NCBI GenBank assembly: GCA_963699755.1
Contig: CAVOVB010000006.1
Location: 89,081-153,080 of the forward strand
DNA: 64,000 nt
Source: an uncultured delta proteobacterium
GTDB taxonomy: Bacteria; Myxococcota_A; Polyangia; Polyangiales; Houyiibacteriaceae
Direction: 5' to 3'
Shown here: positions 51,068 to 61,845 of the stretch, one piece after another
Layout of the letters: every line of letters starts with the position of its first letter
Position numbering within the stretch: position 1 is the stretch's first letter
Program-made: the position numbers and the translations under genes
Notes under the pieces: generated by a model
What the model was told of the DNA's origin: nothing
Databases searched by the model: none
The model's input: only the letters and a program-made list of their open reading frames with translations

Positions 51068-53620
51068 CTCGTGCAAGCCGTCGACGCTTTCGACGCCTTC
51101 ACCGCGCTCGAGGATCTCGCCGTTGATCTGAACGAGCTGGTAGTCTTGAAGCGCCTTGAGCGCGGTTTCGAGCTTGAGCTTGGATAGCGACTCTCGACGT
51201 TCGATTTCGCCGGCGAGGTACATCTGTTGCCCGAGCGCGAGTGTGCGCTTGTACCAGTCCTTCTTGGGGATGGGGCCGTCGAGGACAATTTCCGCACCAC
51301 GCAGGGCGAGCAGGTAGCTTTCGAAGAAGGTCTGGAGCATAACGGCATAGCGTTCGAGCCGGTGACGCGTTGCACCTTCGCTGGCCTGCGCGTATCCCTC
51401 GCGGACTTCGATTTCGCCGTCCCCTGCCATGTCACCAAGCGCGTCTTCGAAGATCTCGTCGAACGCAGCGTCCGTTCGATAGATGAACTCGTGCTTGAAC
51501 AATCGCGAAAGCTGCTGAACGCGATCATTGAGGCGCGCAATGTCGACCCACTCGTCCATGTCGACCAAGAGACCGGCGGCGATGAGAGCCCGCGGTACGA
51601 AGAAGTGAATGATCGTGTTTTGGTAATATTCGAGCGCGATACGTCGCTCTGAATCGATGGTGTAGATCGGTTCCGGACCCGTGTCGTGGGCGACGATTAG
51701 CCGTGCGTCCATGAACAAGCGCAGCGCTTCGTCGATCGTGTCTTCGCGGATGCGATCGTCACCAATGCGAATCTGCTGGGCGATCCTGGCGTCCATGGTA
51801 TCCAAGGTGCCAAGCAGATCCTGGCAGGCGGTTAGTAGGGACGTCCGGGTCATGCCGCGCTTCTGGTGGCTGAGCAGCGCTGTAGCCACGAGCGCCGCGG
51901 GTGTCACGACAGTGACCTCGTTGATCGAGTACATCACCTTGTGCGCCAAGGCACGCACCGCGCTTCGCTTCTGGTCGGGTGTCATGGCCGCGCCGCTCGA
52001 CGGCTCGGCTCCCGTGCGCTTCATGAGCTCCTGCTTGGACTCATCGAAGTCGATGATCTCGCCAAACTGTACGTAGAGGCGGCCCCACTTCGAACGAAGA
52101 ATGCTGGAGCTCTTGATCAGGTCGCCAACGTTTTCCGATTGCTTGTCCCCGCCCGATAGCTCGTGCACGAAGGAGCGCTCCTCGATGATGCGCTCATAGC
52201 CAATTGAAATCGGAACGAGCCGGACTTTCGTGCCGCGGAGCTTGGTTGCCGAATCGAAAACCATCGAGAGCAGGCCGTACTTCGGTGGAAGTGCCTTCCC
52301 GGTCCGCGAACGGCCGCCTTCCAAGAAGAACTCAATCGTGAAGCCCTCGGCGATCAGCTTCCGCACGTAGGCTTCGACGAGCGCGGGGTAGAGCGAATCG
52401 TCCTGAAAGCTCCGGCGAATGAAGAACGCGCCACCTCGACGCAGGAGAACCCCGATCGGCCAGAAGCTCAGGTTCTCCCCGGCGGCGATCAGCGGGGGCA
52501 TCAGTGCATTGCCGTAGAGCATGTCGCTCAGAACCAAGTAGTCGATGTGGCTCTTGTGGCTCGGCAGGAGCACGAGCGATGCATCGCGGGAGGCTTCACG
52601 GACTCGTTCGAGACCTTCTTTGTCGAGGACGACGCCGTCATACATCTTCGACCAGACCCAGCTGAAAAACCGGTGCATCAAGTCGACTACGAACAAGCTC
52701 TGCTTGGCGCAAAGTTTCCGTAGCTGTTTGTGCGCGATGGTCTCTGCCTTGGCGTACGAAATGCCCTTTTCAGCCGCATACTGCTCGATGTGCATTCGGA
52801 CCCGAGGGCTGCGCAGGAGCTCGTCCTGGATGCGAGTGGTCGTCTTTTTCATCGGGCCAATGATGACTGCCCTGTCGCGCTCCATTCGCCGGAGCAGTGC
52901 GTAGCGGACCTTGTCGGCGGCTTCCAGGTCGCTGAGCTCGGGGTTCTTCGCGAGGAAATCCCCAAGGTTGAATGGCTCGCCAGAACGCAGCTTGGCGTCT
53001 CGGTAGTTCAGCAAGAACTGACAGAACACGCGCACTCGGCCTGGCCAATGTACCGGGCCAAACAAGAGGTCGAGCAAGCTCGGGCTCGCGGTTCCAGCCT
53101 GCTTGCTCCAGACGAAGGTCTGAGGAACCAGAAGGATCGGCTGTGAGCTGGTTCGTTGTTTCGCGACGAGCGTTTCGATCAGATCGACGTCGAGCTGGCG
53201 GCCTCTTCGAGCTTGGCTTCCAAACTTTGGTGGCTGTCTCAGGAAGAGGAGCGCGCTATACCCGTCGCCGACGGTTTGCTGCAGCGCTTCGGACTCCGGA
53301 ATCTGTCGCCGGAGGCTCAATCTGCGTTCGCCCTTCCCGAACGGCTCGAGAATCCAGAGCCCCAGGTCATTGACGAAACGGACCAAGGGCAGGCCGAACT
53401 TCTTCAAGAGGAAGTCGAGGCACAGGAAGTCGAGGAACGAGAGCGACCGCATCACATAAACGACAACGCCTTTGCTGGCGGCCTCCCGGACGCCCCGACT
53501 CCAGTTCTCGTCGACTCGAATGTGCGCGAAGAAGCGCCGATAGAGCCATCGCAGGATCGCGTTGGGCGCATATGGCGCTGGCGTCGGTGACCGCCGCGCG
53601 AGCTCCGGCAGATTCGTCAT
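51035..53620 (-). CDS. plsB: Glycerol-3-phosphate O-acyltransferase
   Basis: HKSHIDY (HxxxxD), AAGENL, GAFFIRR, FFLEGGRSRTGK and PISIGYE. Confidence 0.9.
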   Translation of the reverse strand: MTNLPELARRSPTPAPYAPNAILRWLYRRFFAHIRVDENWSRGVREAASKGVVVYVMRSLSFLDFLCLDFLLKKFGLPLVRFVNDLGLWILEPFGKGERRLSLRRQIPESEALQQTVGDGYSALLFLRQPPKFGSQARRGRQLDVDLIETLVAKQRTSSQPILLVPQTFVWSKQAGTASPSLLDLLFGPVHWPGRVRVFCQFLLNYRDAKLRSGEPFNLGDFLAKNPELSDLEAADKVRYALLRRMERDRAVIIGPMKKTTTRIQDELLRSPRVRMHIEQYAAEKGISYAKAETIAHKQLRKLCAKQSLFVVDLMHRFFSWVWSKMYDGVVLDKEGLERVREASRDASLVLLPSHKSHIDYLVLSDMLYGNALMPPLIAAGENLSFWPIGVLLRRGGAFFIRRSFQDDSLYPALVEAYVRKLIAEGFTIEFFLEGGRSRTGKALPPKYGLLSMVFDSATKLRGTKVRLVPISIGYERIIEERSFVHELSGGDKQSENVGDLIKSSSILRSKWGRLYVQFGEIIDFDESKQELMKRTGAEPSSGAAMTPDQKRSAVRALAHKVMYSINEVTVVTPAALVATALLSHQKRGMTRTSLLTACQDLLGTLDTMDARIAQQIRIGDDRIREDTIDEALRLFMDARLIVAHDTGPEPIYTIDSERRIALEYYQNTIIHFFVPRALIAAGLLVDMDEWVDIARLNDRVQQLSRLFKHEFIYRTDAAFDEIFEDALGDMAGDGEIEVREGYAQASEGATRHRLERYAVMLQTFFESYLLALRGAEIVLDGPIPKKDWYKRTLALGQQMYLAGEIERRESLSKLKLETALKALQDYQLVQINGEILERGEGVESVDGLHELEPKLTGFLR

Positions 53621-53704
53621 CGCTGCGTGAGACCCTAGCAGCGTGCAAGATCAGGTCGAGTACACGCAGTTTCGCTTTTATTCCGACTTTTTAGCGGACC
53701 GGGG

Positions 53705-54277
53705 CTAGAACTGAGCCCGCACGAGGCGACGTTGCCCGGGGCGCAGATCGACCGGGTATCGGCGTTCCTCACCCCCGAGGCGCACGATGACCTCGTACTG
53801 ACCCGCGCTGAGGCGCGCCCCGACACCGCCGCCCAGGGTGCCGATTCGCTGGGAGCCCCGATTGATCATGACGATTCCGGGCCCGCGCTGCCCCTTGCTG
53901 TCGATCCGGACTTCGAGGACGCCTGTCTTGAAATCAGCAGCGACTGGAACCCGTTTCCCAGGACTCACCTCGACCTCGACCGTCTTCGACGGGTTGTCGA
54001 GCGTGCCGTCCAACCTGAGGGTGACCTTGTACTTTCCAGCCGGGACGGAGAGGGCGACCCCGCAGGCGCCAGCGCCGACCTCTTTCCCATTTCGCCCGAC
54101 GGACGCTGTGCCGCGCGCGAGGGCGCCGTTCTCGGTGACCGAGCAGACGATCTCCCCGGATTGCGCTCCGACGCCCCCAGCCCAGAAGAACAGCGTCAGG
54201 GCGAGCGAGATAGACGGGACTAGAGCCGACAAGGAGCTGCTGTTCCTGAGGACGCCCGTTTGAATAAGAATTCTCAC
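53705..54277 (-). CDS. Hypothetical secreted protein with two beta-sandwich (PEGA-like) repeats
   Basis: Signal peptide (AGGVGA-Q); repeated VPAGKYKV and LSAGQYEV units. Confidence 0.6.
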   Translation of the reverse strand: MRILIQTGVLRNSSSLSALVPSISLALTLFFWAGGVGAQSGEIVCSVTENGALARGTASVGRNGKEVGAGACGVALSVPAGKYKVTLRLDGTLDNPSKTVEVEVSPGKRVPVAADFKTGVLEVRIDSKGQRGPGIVMINRGSQRIGTLGGGVGARLSAGQYEVIVRLGGEERRYPVDLRPGQRRLVRAQF

Positions 54278-54377
54278 CGCTTATCTTTCTAACTCAATTC
54301 GAGCCAGGGGTGGACAGTCGATTGAGATTTGCTCGAAAATCCATGGATTCCGCGGGCATTTATCCCCCCGTGACTGC

Positions 54378-54406
54378 TTGACACCAGCTAGGCCGACGGC
54401 TACGAA
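54378..54406 (+). promoter_or_regulatory. Sigma70 promoter of rplM-rpsI
   Basis: TTGACA (54378-54383), 17 bp spacer, TACGAA (54401-54406). Confidence 0.65.
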
Positions 54407-54439
54407 ATGCGCCCTGAAACGGGGTCTTAGGAGCGAATC

Positions 54440-54868
54440 ATGGCTACCCAGAGTGCCAAAGCGTCTGAAATCGAACGCAAATGGTATGTCGTCGATGCAG
54501 CGGGCCAACCGCTAGGTCGGCTTGCGTCCAAGGTGGCTCACGTCCTTCGTGGCAAGCACCGTGCGGAGTACACACCGCATGTCGACACGGGCGACTTCGT
54601 CATCGTCATCAACGCGGCCCAAGTCCGTCTCTCCGGTAACAAGCTCTCAAACAAGTACTACTACCGTCACTCCGGTTATCCGGGAGGCCTCAGTACCGAA
54701 AGCTATGGCGACCTGCTCCAGCGCAAGCCCGAGTTCGTCGTCGAGCGAGCGGTCAAGGGCATGCTCCCCAAGAACAGCCTCGGCCGGCAGATGTTTCGCA
54801 AACTGAAAGTCCATTCCGAAGGGACCCATCCTCATGTGGCCCAGCAGCCCGAACCCTTCCCCCTTTGA
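54440..54868 (+). CDS. rplM: 50S ribosomal protein L13
   Basis: [28 protein letters not shown] and GMLPKN. Confidence 0.98.
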   Translation: MATQSAKASEIERKWYVVDAAGQPLGRLASKVAHVLRGKHRAEYTPHVDTGDFVIVINAAQVRLSGNKLSNKYYYRHSGYPGGLSTESYGDLLQRKPEFVVERAVKGMLPKNSLGRQMFRKLKVHSEGTHPHVAQQPEPFPL

Positions 54869-54886
54869 TCTCGAGAGAACTGGTTA

Positions 54887-55294
54887 ATGACACACGCAAA
54901 AGTCATAGACGGACGCAACTACGGCACCGGGAAGCGCAAGAACGCAATCGCGCGTGTCTTCCTCAGCTCTGGCAGCGGGAATGTGACTGTGAACGGTCGC
55001 AACTTCGAAGATTACTTTCCGCGTGAGATTCTTCGGATTATTGCGATGCAGCCTTTCGCTGCGCTTTCGAAGCAGGGCCAGTTCGACGTGGAGGTCAATG
55101 TCTCAGGTGGCGGTGTTTCGTCACAGGCTGAGGCCGTCCGGCACGGCATCGCGCGGGCGCTCGTCGGTATGGACGAAGACAACAAGCCGGTCCTCAAGAA
55201 GGCTGGCTACATGACCCGTGACGCTCGAAAGAAGGAGCGCAAGAAGCCCGGTCAGCCCGGCGCCCGCAAGAAGTTTCAGTACTCCAAGCGCTGA
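54887..55294 (+). CDS. rpsI: 30S ribosomal protein S9
   Basis: GTGKRK, GGGVSSQAEAVRHGIARAL and ERKKPG..ARKKFQYSKR. Confidence 0.98.
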   Translation: MTHAKVIDGRNYGTGKRKNAIARVFLSSGSGNVTVNGRNFEDYFPREILRIIAMQPFAALSKQGQFDVEVNVSGGGVSSQAEAVRHGIARALVGMDEDNKPVLKKAGYMTRDARKKERKKPGQPGARKKFQYSKR

Positions 55295-55316
55295 CAGCTT
55301 CGGATCTCAAACCTCG

Positions 55317-55349
55317 AGCCGCGGCGCCTTCAGTGCCGCGGCTTTTTTT
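55317..55349 (+). terminator. Rho-independent terminator after rpsI
   Basis: AGCCGCGGC-loop-GCCGCGGCT followed by a T7 run. Confidence 0.88.
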
Positions 55350-55400
55350 GCTTGAGGCCGTAGACCCTAGACGTGTGACTATCAGGATGGAGTTGAGCAG

Positions 55401-56453
55401 ATGACCTCGAAGCCCATACGCGCGACCATCGTTGGCGGAACCGGATATACCGGAGCGGAGCTGGTGCGTCTGGTGATCGCTCATCCTTCCTTGGAGCTCG
55501 CTTCGATTGTCGGGAATAGCACGGCTGGTCAGGCGATCGGGGAAGTCTTGCCGAGCCTTCGGGGCATCGTCGAAGGTGCGGTGCAACCTTTCGAGCCCGA
55601 TGCGATTGCCGAGGACGCTGACCTGGCGTTTTGTGCGCTGCCCCATTCGGCCAGCGCCGCGGCGGTCGGCGCGTTGCGGCAACGTGGTCAGAAGGTGCTC
55701 GACCTCTCCGCAGACTTCCGATTTCGAGACCTATCGGTTTACGAAGCCTGGTATGGCAAGCATCCGGTGCCCGAGCGCCTCTCGGAGGCCGTGTACGGTT
55801 TGGTAGAGCTACACCGGGAAGAGCTGCGCGATGCCGATCTGATCGCGGTTCCCGGTTGCTACCCGACGGCGTCGACGCTTGCGCTCGCGCCCCTGCTGAA
55901 GAACGGCTTGATTCGACCCGATGGAATCGCCGTGGATGCAAAGAGCGGCGTATCCGGTGCCGGACGGGGACTATCGGCGGCGACCCACTTCCCGGAGACG
56001 GCGGAAGGCGTGCGTGCCTACAAGGCGGGGGCACACCGGCACGGGCCGGAAATCGAGCAAGAGCTCAGCAGGCTCGCCGGAGCGGCCGTCAAGATCGCGT
56101 TTGTTCCTCATCTTCTTCCGATGACACGCGGCATTCTCGCGACCTGTTACGCTCGTCCGGTGGACTCCAAAGTAACCGCGGCCGCATGCATCGAGGCCGC
56201 CCGCGCGCTCTACGAAGGGTCTCCCTCGGTGCAGGTCCTCGACGAAGGAGAGCACCCGGACACTCTCTGGGTGAGGGGGTCGAACCGGGTTCACGTCGGA
56301 TACGCGCAGGATCGCGGCAGCGGGACATTGATTGCGATGAGCGCAATCGACAACCTCGTCAAAGGCGCGTCCGGTCAGGCGATCCAGTGCCTCAACGTTC
56401 GATTTGGCCTCGACGAAGGGGTGGGGTTGCAGGCGCCGGCACAATGGCCGTGA
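55401..56453 (+). CDS. argC: N-acetyl-gamma-glutamyl-phosphate reductase
   Basis: GGTGYTGAEL, DLSADFR, PGCYPT, SGVSGAGR and DNLVKGASGQA. Confidence 0.97.
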   Translation: MTSKPIRATIVGGTGYTGAELVRLVIAHPSLELASIVGNSTAGQAIGEVLPSLRGIVEGAVQPFEPDAIAEDADLAFCALPHSASAAAVGALRQRGQKVLDLSADFRFRDLSVYEAWYGKHPVPERLSEAVYGLVELHREELRDADLIAVPGCYPTASTLALAPLLKNGLIRPDGIAVDAKSGVSGAGRGLSAATHFPETAEGVRAYKAGAHRHGPEIEQELSRLAGAAVKIAFVPHLLPMTRGILATCYARPVDSKVTAAACIEAARALYEGSPSVQVLDEGEHPDTLWVRGSNRVHVGYAQDRGSGTLIAMSAIDNLVKGASGQAIQCLNVRFGLDEGVGLQAPAQWP

Positions 56454-57349
56454 TCAAGATTTTGCACGTCAGCGACGTGCACCTCGAGGATGGCTTCCCG
56501 GGTGTGCCACTGACGAGCTTCCTCAACAAGCGCATCGTGGGGCTTGCGAATCTTCGATTCAGGCGCCGGCGGGTGTTCGCGGAAGCGGCGAAAAAGGTCG
56601 AGGCGCTTGCTGCGTTTTCGAAAGAGCAAGGGGTCGACCTGGTCATCTGCACCGGGGACTACACTGCGCTTGGCACGCTCCCGGAGATCGCCTACGCGCG
56701 AAAGATCATCGAACCGCTCACTCATGCCCCGCTAGGCTTCTTCACCGTCCCGGGCAATCACGATCTGTATCTGCGCGACACGGTCGAAGCGGGTTGGTTC
56801 GACCAGCACTTCGGCGCACTGATGAAGACCGAGCTTGCAGAGTATGCGGTCGATGGTGTCTGGCCTCAGGTATGGTTCCCTGCCGAGGGCTTGGCGCTCG
56901 TGGGCGTCAATAGCGCGCGCGCAAACCCGAAGCCACACCATTCGAGTGGACGAATTCCGAACGAGCAGCTCGACGCGCTGACGCGCATCTTGGACGACCC
57001 TCGTCTATTCGATCGCTTCGTGATGATCGTGACCCACTATGCCCCTCGACGCGCAAGCGGTCGGCCTGACAGGCCGGCGCACGGGCTCGAGAACGCAGAC
57101 GAGCTCTTGGCGATCAGCGCTGCCGCGCGACGGGGCGCGATCCTTCACGGCCACATCCACTGGCGCTATCATCTGAGGGTCCCGGAGACCCCGTTGCGGT
57201 TGTTTTGCTCGGGGAGCACCACCCACGCGGGCCGGGAGGGCCTTTGGCTATACGAGCTCGGCGAAGGCCGCGCGACCGCCACAGCAGGAACCTGGGATCA
57301 AACGCGCTACGTCCTCGAACCGGATCTTCGCGTCGACTTGGACCCGTAA
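56444..57349 (+). CDS. Calcineurin-like metallophosphoesterase (CpdA/Icc-like)
   Basis: HVSDVH, TGDY, PGNHD and LHGHIH motifs; ATG overlaps the argC end. Confidence 0.9.
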   Translation: MAVIKILHVSDVHLEDGFPGVPLTSFLNKRIVGLANLRFRRRRVFAEAAKKVEALAAFSKEQGVDLVICTGDYTALGTLPEIAYARKIIEPLTHAPLGFFTVPGNHDLYLRDTVEAGWFDQHFGALMKTELAEYAVDGVWPQVWFPAEGLALVGVNSARANPKPHHSSGRIPNEQLDALTRILDDPRLFDRFVMIVTHYAPRRASGRPDRPAHGLENADELLAISAAARRGAILHGHIHWRYHLRVPETPLRLFCSGSTTHAGREGLWLYELGEGRATATAGTWDQTRYVLEPDLRVDLDP

Positions 57350-57387
57350 TTTGCTGCCCGAGGGTCTGCTCGCATACAAGTTTGCTC

Positions 57388-57999
57388 ATGGCAGCTCGCC
57401 AGTTCGGGGCCAAACGCGAGGCGCGCAGGGCGGTTCGACGGCTCGTCGATCTCGAGTGCGAGGTTTATTCCGAGCTCTGGGGTGAGGCGATCGCGCATCG
57501 GGCCAGTGACGTGAGCGAGGATGGTCTCTGGATTCAGACCGACCTCTTGCTCGAGATCGGCAGTCGAGTGACCTTGACTTTCTATCCGCCCGATTGGGAA
57601 GAGCCGCTCTACGTGGCTGGCTGTGTCCAGCGCGTCGAGCTTCAACGACGCCCCGGAGAGGGGAGCGCAGTCGGCATGGGTATCGCGTTCGAGGCCTTAC
57701 GCGGAGATGAGCGACGGCGCCTGACGCAGAGCATGCGTGGACTCAGAGCTGACGAGGCCTTCGTATTGGATCAGCGCACGCTCAGCGGTGTTCCGGTGGG
57801 TGTTGCCGAACCGCAACAAGCGGCCCTCCATCCAGGACGCACCGTCATGGGTTGGACGGCGCCTTCGCCGACGGCCGAGTATCAGGGGCCACCCTCCCGC
57901 ACGATGAAGAAAACGCCTGAGCGTGATCCCGACACAGAACGAACCGATCGAGGATTCCCAGGTGGCTTGGATCTGGCCGCGTCGGTGTTCGCGGGCTGA
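57388..57999 (+). CDS. PilZ-domain protein with canonical c-di-GMP motifs
   Basis: RRAVR (RxxxR), DVSEDG (DxSxxG) and GMGIAF; low-complexity C-terminal tail. Confidence 0.82.
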   Translation: MAARQFGAKREARRAVRRLVDLECEVYSELWGEAIAHRASDVSEDGLWIQTDLLLEIGSRVTLTFYPPDWEEPLYVAGCVQRVELQRRPGEGSAVGMGIAFEALRGDERRRLTQSMRGLRADEAFVLDQRTLSGVPVGVAEPQQAALHPGRTVMGWTAPSPTAEYQGPPSRTMKKTPERDPDTERTDRGFPGGLDLAASVFAG

Positions 58000-58010
58000 G
58001 TCGCAGTCTA

Positions 58011-60326
58011 CTAGTCGACGCGCAGCGTGCCGGCGTTCAGGCGGTCTTCTCCGTCGAGATGGCCAGACTTCAGCGCGAGACGCGTGTTTCCGCTGAACCA
58101 GCCCACGTAGATCGCATATTCCCCCACGGGATAGTTGGCGGGCACGGTGAGCCGCTGGGTGTCGGCGATCACGTCTCCTCTTTCCCAGAGCTTGGCTGGG
58201 TATCTGCCGCCGACGGGGACGTGGTCGCCGTTGAGCCGCAAGCCGCGGCCATCGATGTGGACGAAGACCTGATAGCCTACCGGTGCTTTGCCGATCACCC
58301 GCCAGTACCAGGTGATCTCGAAGCGCTGCCCTGCGCCAACCGAGTCGCCTCCAGGAAGCTCGAGGTCGTATCCAAGAAGCTCGATCCGGTCATCGTAGTT
58401 TGCGCCGACCTCGTGCTGAGGCTGTGGGACCTCGTCCAGGACCACAGATGCGATGAAGCTCTGGTTGGGGCGGCCGTCGATCGGCTTCGCGGCCACCAGG
58501 AGCAAGCGCGCGCTCTGGGCGTTGGCGACGAACAGGTGCTGGCCTGTCTTCCCGCGGTAGGCGCGGTCGAGCTCCGGCAGGCTCTCGGCTTGGAGCACGG
58601 CCCAGCGTTGCCCGCCCTCGCCGAGGAAGTCGATCAGATCGGCCTGTCGCGTGATCTCTTCGACCGGTGCATGGGTGTAGTACCGCGCGGCTGTTGACGG
58701 AAGCTTGTACGCCGCAAGGGGCTCTGGGGCGTCTGCGGCTAGCTCGGCGTACGCTTCGTAGACCGCTTTGGGGGAGAAGTGCGGGCCGAGGGCGGGCTGA
58801 AACGAAAGGGCGATGAAGCCGCCGACGAGCAAGCCCCCTCCTAGAGCCAGGAACACACGCTGTTTTCCAAGACGTCCGTATCCGTGACGCAGCCAAGGCA
58901 GCCCAAACACCAAGGCGGCCAAGACGAAGGGCACAAAGAAGAGAGCCTGTCCGACCCGACGTGCGAGCGAAGCGATTTCGAGGTCCAGGACGAAGCACGC
59001 CAGGCCAAGAACAAAGCAAGCAGCGAGCAGAAGCGAGGCGAGCGAAAGCCAAGCGCGCTGAGGCCAGCCGACAGTCCAGAGGTCGCGAATCCTTTGGACC
59101 GTGCCGACGGCGCTAGGCCGACCGATGTCTTGAGGACTCAATAACATCAGGCAGAGCAAGAACGCGGCCACGGAAAAAAGCAGAGCCCACTGGGCTCTTG
59201 GATTGTAAACGTCCGGCAGAGTCAATCCGTCGACGGCTAGGGCGCAAAGTGGGCTGTCCGGATAAAGGGCGTAATCGCGAATCAGGAGGCCGACCAAGAG
59301 CCCCACGACCACTGCGGAAGGCCAGCGAGCAACGGGCTCTTCGGTGACCTCGGCTATCCAGATTGCGACCAGTCCCGCCAGAGGAAGCAATGCGAGATAG
59401 GGCGGCGTGCCGTAGCGAGATGCGAAGAGAGTCCACGAGACGAACGCAAACGCGGCCCAGAGCAGGAGCAGCCAAGCCAAATCCTGCGTGCGTTCGTTTC
59501 GGCTGGGTCGAGGTGCGAGCGCCCACACGACGGCCACGGGAAGGGCGGCACTCCAAGGCGCGAATCCGTGAAACACCAGCTCGAGAGCCTTCTCGAAGCT
59601 CGGCGGATTTCCCCCCACGGCGCCTCCTCCAAGCCAGATGCTGAAGCTCGGGTCGTCCTGGACAACTGCGCACACCACCCCAAGCGAAAGAGCCAACGCG
59701 GTCGCGGGAAGGAGCCAGCGCGCGATCCGATCTCCGCGACCGGTGTCGTCGGAGAGCAAGCTCAGCGTCGCCACCGCGAGGATGGGCGGCAGAGGTCCTA
59801 GGAGGACTCCACTGGCGTAGCTGCTCACCGCGAGCCCGAGCGCAAGCAGCGCGTATCTCGTGACCCTTTGCCGGTTCGAAACCGGGGTCGAACAAATGGC
59901 GAGTGCCGCCAGGCCGACCCAACTCTGCACGAAGACCTCGACCGCGTTGCCCATCAGCAGGCGCGCGTTCAGCAAGAACAAGGGGGTCGATGCAATCACT
60001 GCGACACCGATCACTCCTGCTCGCCGCCCATAGTCCCTGCGCAGCAGGAAGAACAGCAGCAAGCAGCTGAGCAAAGAGGCGACCACGCCAGGTAGCCGAC
60101 CAGACCAGTCGCGAATGCCGAAGACGTCGAAGGCTATCGCGATCAAGCGGGTCGACAGTGGAACGTGAACCGGCGGGTCGTCGCCATGCTGCGAGAGTGC
60201 GCGCGCCGCATCGGCAACGCCGAGCTCCCAGGGATCCCAGATCCCAAGCGACCAAATCCCCCAGATGGTCAGCAGCGCGACGGCCGCGAGCAAGAGGCGA
60301 TCGAGCGCGACGGACCGGTCCAACAC
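58011..60326 (-). CDS. GT-C fold glycosyltransferase (ArnT/PMT-like, family 39/83) with periplasmic C-domain
   Basis: GIWDPWE acidic loop, FGIRDWSGRLP, many TM helices and a soluble C-terminal domain (YQVFVH..DHVP..WERG). Confidence 0.78.
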   Translation of the reverse strand: MLDRSVALDRLLLAAVALLTIWGIWSLGIWDPWELGVADAARALSQHGDDPPVHVPLSTRLIAIAFDVFGIRDWSGRLPGVVASLLSCLLLFFLLRRDYGRRAGVIGVAVIASTPLFLLNARLLMGNAVEVFVQSWVGLAALAICSTPVSNRQRVTRYALLALGLAVSSYASGVLLGPLPPILAVATLSLLSDDTGRGDRIARWLLPATALALSLGVVCAVVQDDPSFSIWLGGGAVGGNPPSFEKALELVFHGFAPWSAALPVAVVWALAPRPSRNERTQDLAWLLLLWAAFAFVSWTLFASRYGTPPYLALLPLAGLVAIWIAEVTEEPVARWPSAVVVGLLVGLLIRDYALYPDSPLCALAVDGLTLPDVYNPRAQWALLFSVAAFLLCLMLLSPQDIGRPSAVGTVQRIRDLWTVGWPQRAWLSLASLLLAACFVLGLACFVLDLEIASLARRVGQALFFVPFVLAALVFGLPWLRHGYGRLGKQRVFLALGGGLLVGGFIALSFQPALGPHFSPKAVYEAYAELAADAPEPLAAYKLPSTAARYYTHAPVEEITRQADLIDFLGEGGQRWAVLQAESLPELDRAYRGKTGQHLFVANAQSARLLLVAAKPIDGRPNQSFIASVVLDEVPQPQHEVGANYDDRIELLGYDLELPGGDSVGAGQRFEITWYWRVIGKAPVGYQVFVHIDGRGLRLNGDHVPVGGRYPAKLWERGDVIADTQRLTVPANYPVGEYAIYVGWFSGNTRLALKSGHLDGEDRLNAGTLRVD

Positions 60327-60354
60327 CGCGGGCAGCCTAACCTTGGCTCCGGTC

Positions 60355-61845
60355 TCAGTCCATGATTTCGTCGACTTGCTCGACCAGTGGCTCGTCCGCG
60401 CCCGCCATGAGCGCGGGTGCGTTTTCGATGCTCCCCAACTGGGCCTGCCAATCCGCGAGGGCAGTCTTATACGCAGGCAAGTCGCGCGCAGCCATGCGAA
60501 GCCCGGGGCCGTTGAGCTCGGTCAGCGGGTCGATGGGGCGTGTGTACTTCTTGAGACCGAAGTGCAGATGAGGTCCGGTAGAGCGGCCGGTCGATCCGAC
60601 GAACCCAATCAGCTCGCGCTGCTTCACGAAGACGCCGGGACGAATGCCGCCCTTGATGCGGTGCAGATGCGCATAGGCGGTCTCGAAGCCGCCGCTGTGA
60701 CGGATCACGACCAGGTTCCCGTTCGGTCCTTTGAATCCCGCGAAGGTCACCCGCCCGTCGGCTGCCGCCCAGACCGGCGTACCAGTTGCCGCGGCGTAGT
60801 CGACTCCGAGGTGCGGAAGGATGCGCTTCAGAATTGGGTGAAAACGCCGAGGGTTGTAGCGAGACGAAAGTCGATCGTAGCGAAGCGGCGTGCGAAGCCA
60901 GCCGCCCTGCATGGCGCGGCCGCTTTCGTCGTAGAACTGCCCGGGTGCCCCTCCGGCTTCGTAGTAGAACGCTTGCGTCTTGCCCGTCCGTTGCCCGTCG
61001 TATTCGAGCGCACGAACCCGGCCGTAGCGAAGGAACTCGCCGTCCACCCGCTCTTCGTCGACGATGATTCGAAAGACGTCGCCCTTGCGGGCCTGCAAGG
61101 CGAAGTTGATCTGACCCTCGAAGGCCTCGACGAAAAACGTCGCAAGACCGGCTGGAAGCCCAAGCTCGAGGAGGCCATCGCCGATCGAAGTCTGCACCGA
61201 AGCGGCCCGCGCGATCGGGGTTCGCTCGACCTTCACTCTGATCTGCTCCGCGCGAAACAGCCCATCGTCACCGCGGGTGACCTCGACGAACTCCGTTGCG
61301 GAAGGATGGTACTCGAAACGCTTCAAGTCGGCGTTCTCGTCGCGTTCCACGATCAGCTTGTGTTCGGGGCGGCAGCGCCGGAAGTCGACGATGTGTTGGA
61401 GCGCTTGTTCGATCGCCGTGCACTCGTCTGTTTCGAGCCCTGCGTTGAGAAGCGCGCCGCGGAAGCTCGGGACCCCCCCAAACGGGGTTTCGTATCGCGC
61501 ATTGGGACGGGAGCGGGCCAGTGCAAGGGCCTCTTCCTCGCTGAGGCCTTCATCGACGCCGCTGTCGGCGTCTCCGGGCAGAAGTCCATCGGTCACCCCG
61601 AGATCCGCTGCAAGCTGAGCGTCCTGTCGGCCGAGGGCTTCTTCCATCCATGCCCAGGTCTGAGGGATGACGCTTCGAGCGATCCAGAGGAGCAGCAGAG
61701 CGAGGACCACGACTCCGAGCATGGTCCCGAACAGCAAGCGCTTGGCGCGGCGCGCCCGGAGCTCGTCAGGCAGCAGCGCCATCTTGACCGAGGGCAGGGG
61801 CCGAAGCCCACTAGGCTCCTTTTGGCTCGAAGGTTCGGCGCTCAT
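60355..61845 (-). CDS. M23 family peptidoglycan endopeptidase (MepM-like)
   Basis: N-terminal TM helix; RFHPIL..HLGVDYAA, YAHL and STGPHLHF. Confidence 0.92.
   Translation of the reverse strand: MSAEPSSQKEPSGLRPLPSVKMALLPDELRARRAKRLLFGTMLGVVVLALLLLWIARSVIPQTWAWMEEALGRQDAQLAADLGVTDGLLPGDADSGVDEGLSEEEALALARSRPNARYETPFGGVPSFRGALLNAGLETDECTAIEQALQHIVDFRRCRPEHKLIVERDENADLKRFEYHPSATEFVEVTRGDDGLFRAEQIRVKVERTPIARAASVQTSIGDGLLELGLPAGLATFFVEAFEGQINFALQARKGDVFRIIVDEERVDGEFLRYGRVRALEYDGQRTGKTQAFYYEAGGAPGQFYDESGRAMQGGWLRTPLRYDRLSSRYNPRRFHPILKRILPHLGVDYAAATGTPVWAAADGRVTFAGFKGPNGNLVVIRHSGGFETAYAHLHRIKGGIRPGVFVKQRELIGFVGSTGRSTGPHLHFGLKKYTRPIDPLTELNGPGLRMAARDLPAYKTALADWQAQLGSIENAPALMAGADEPLVEQVDEIMD

Noticed and set aside
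55631..56443. N-terminal extension of the metallophosphoesterase
   Set aside because: Arg/Gly-rich shadow frame over argC; the real start is ATG 56444.
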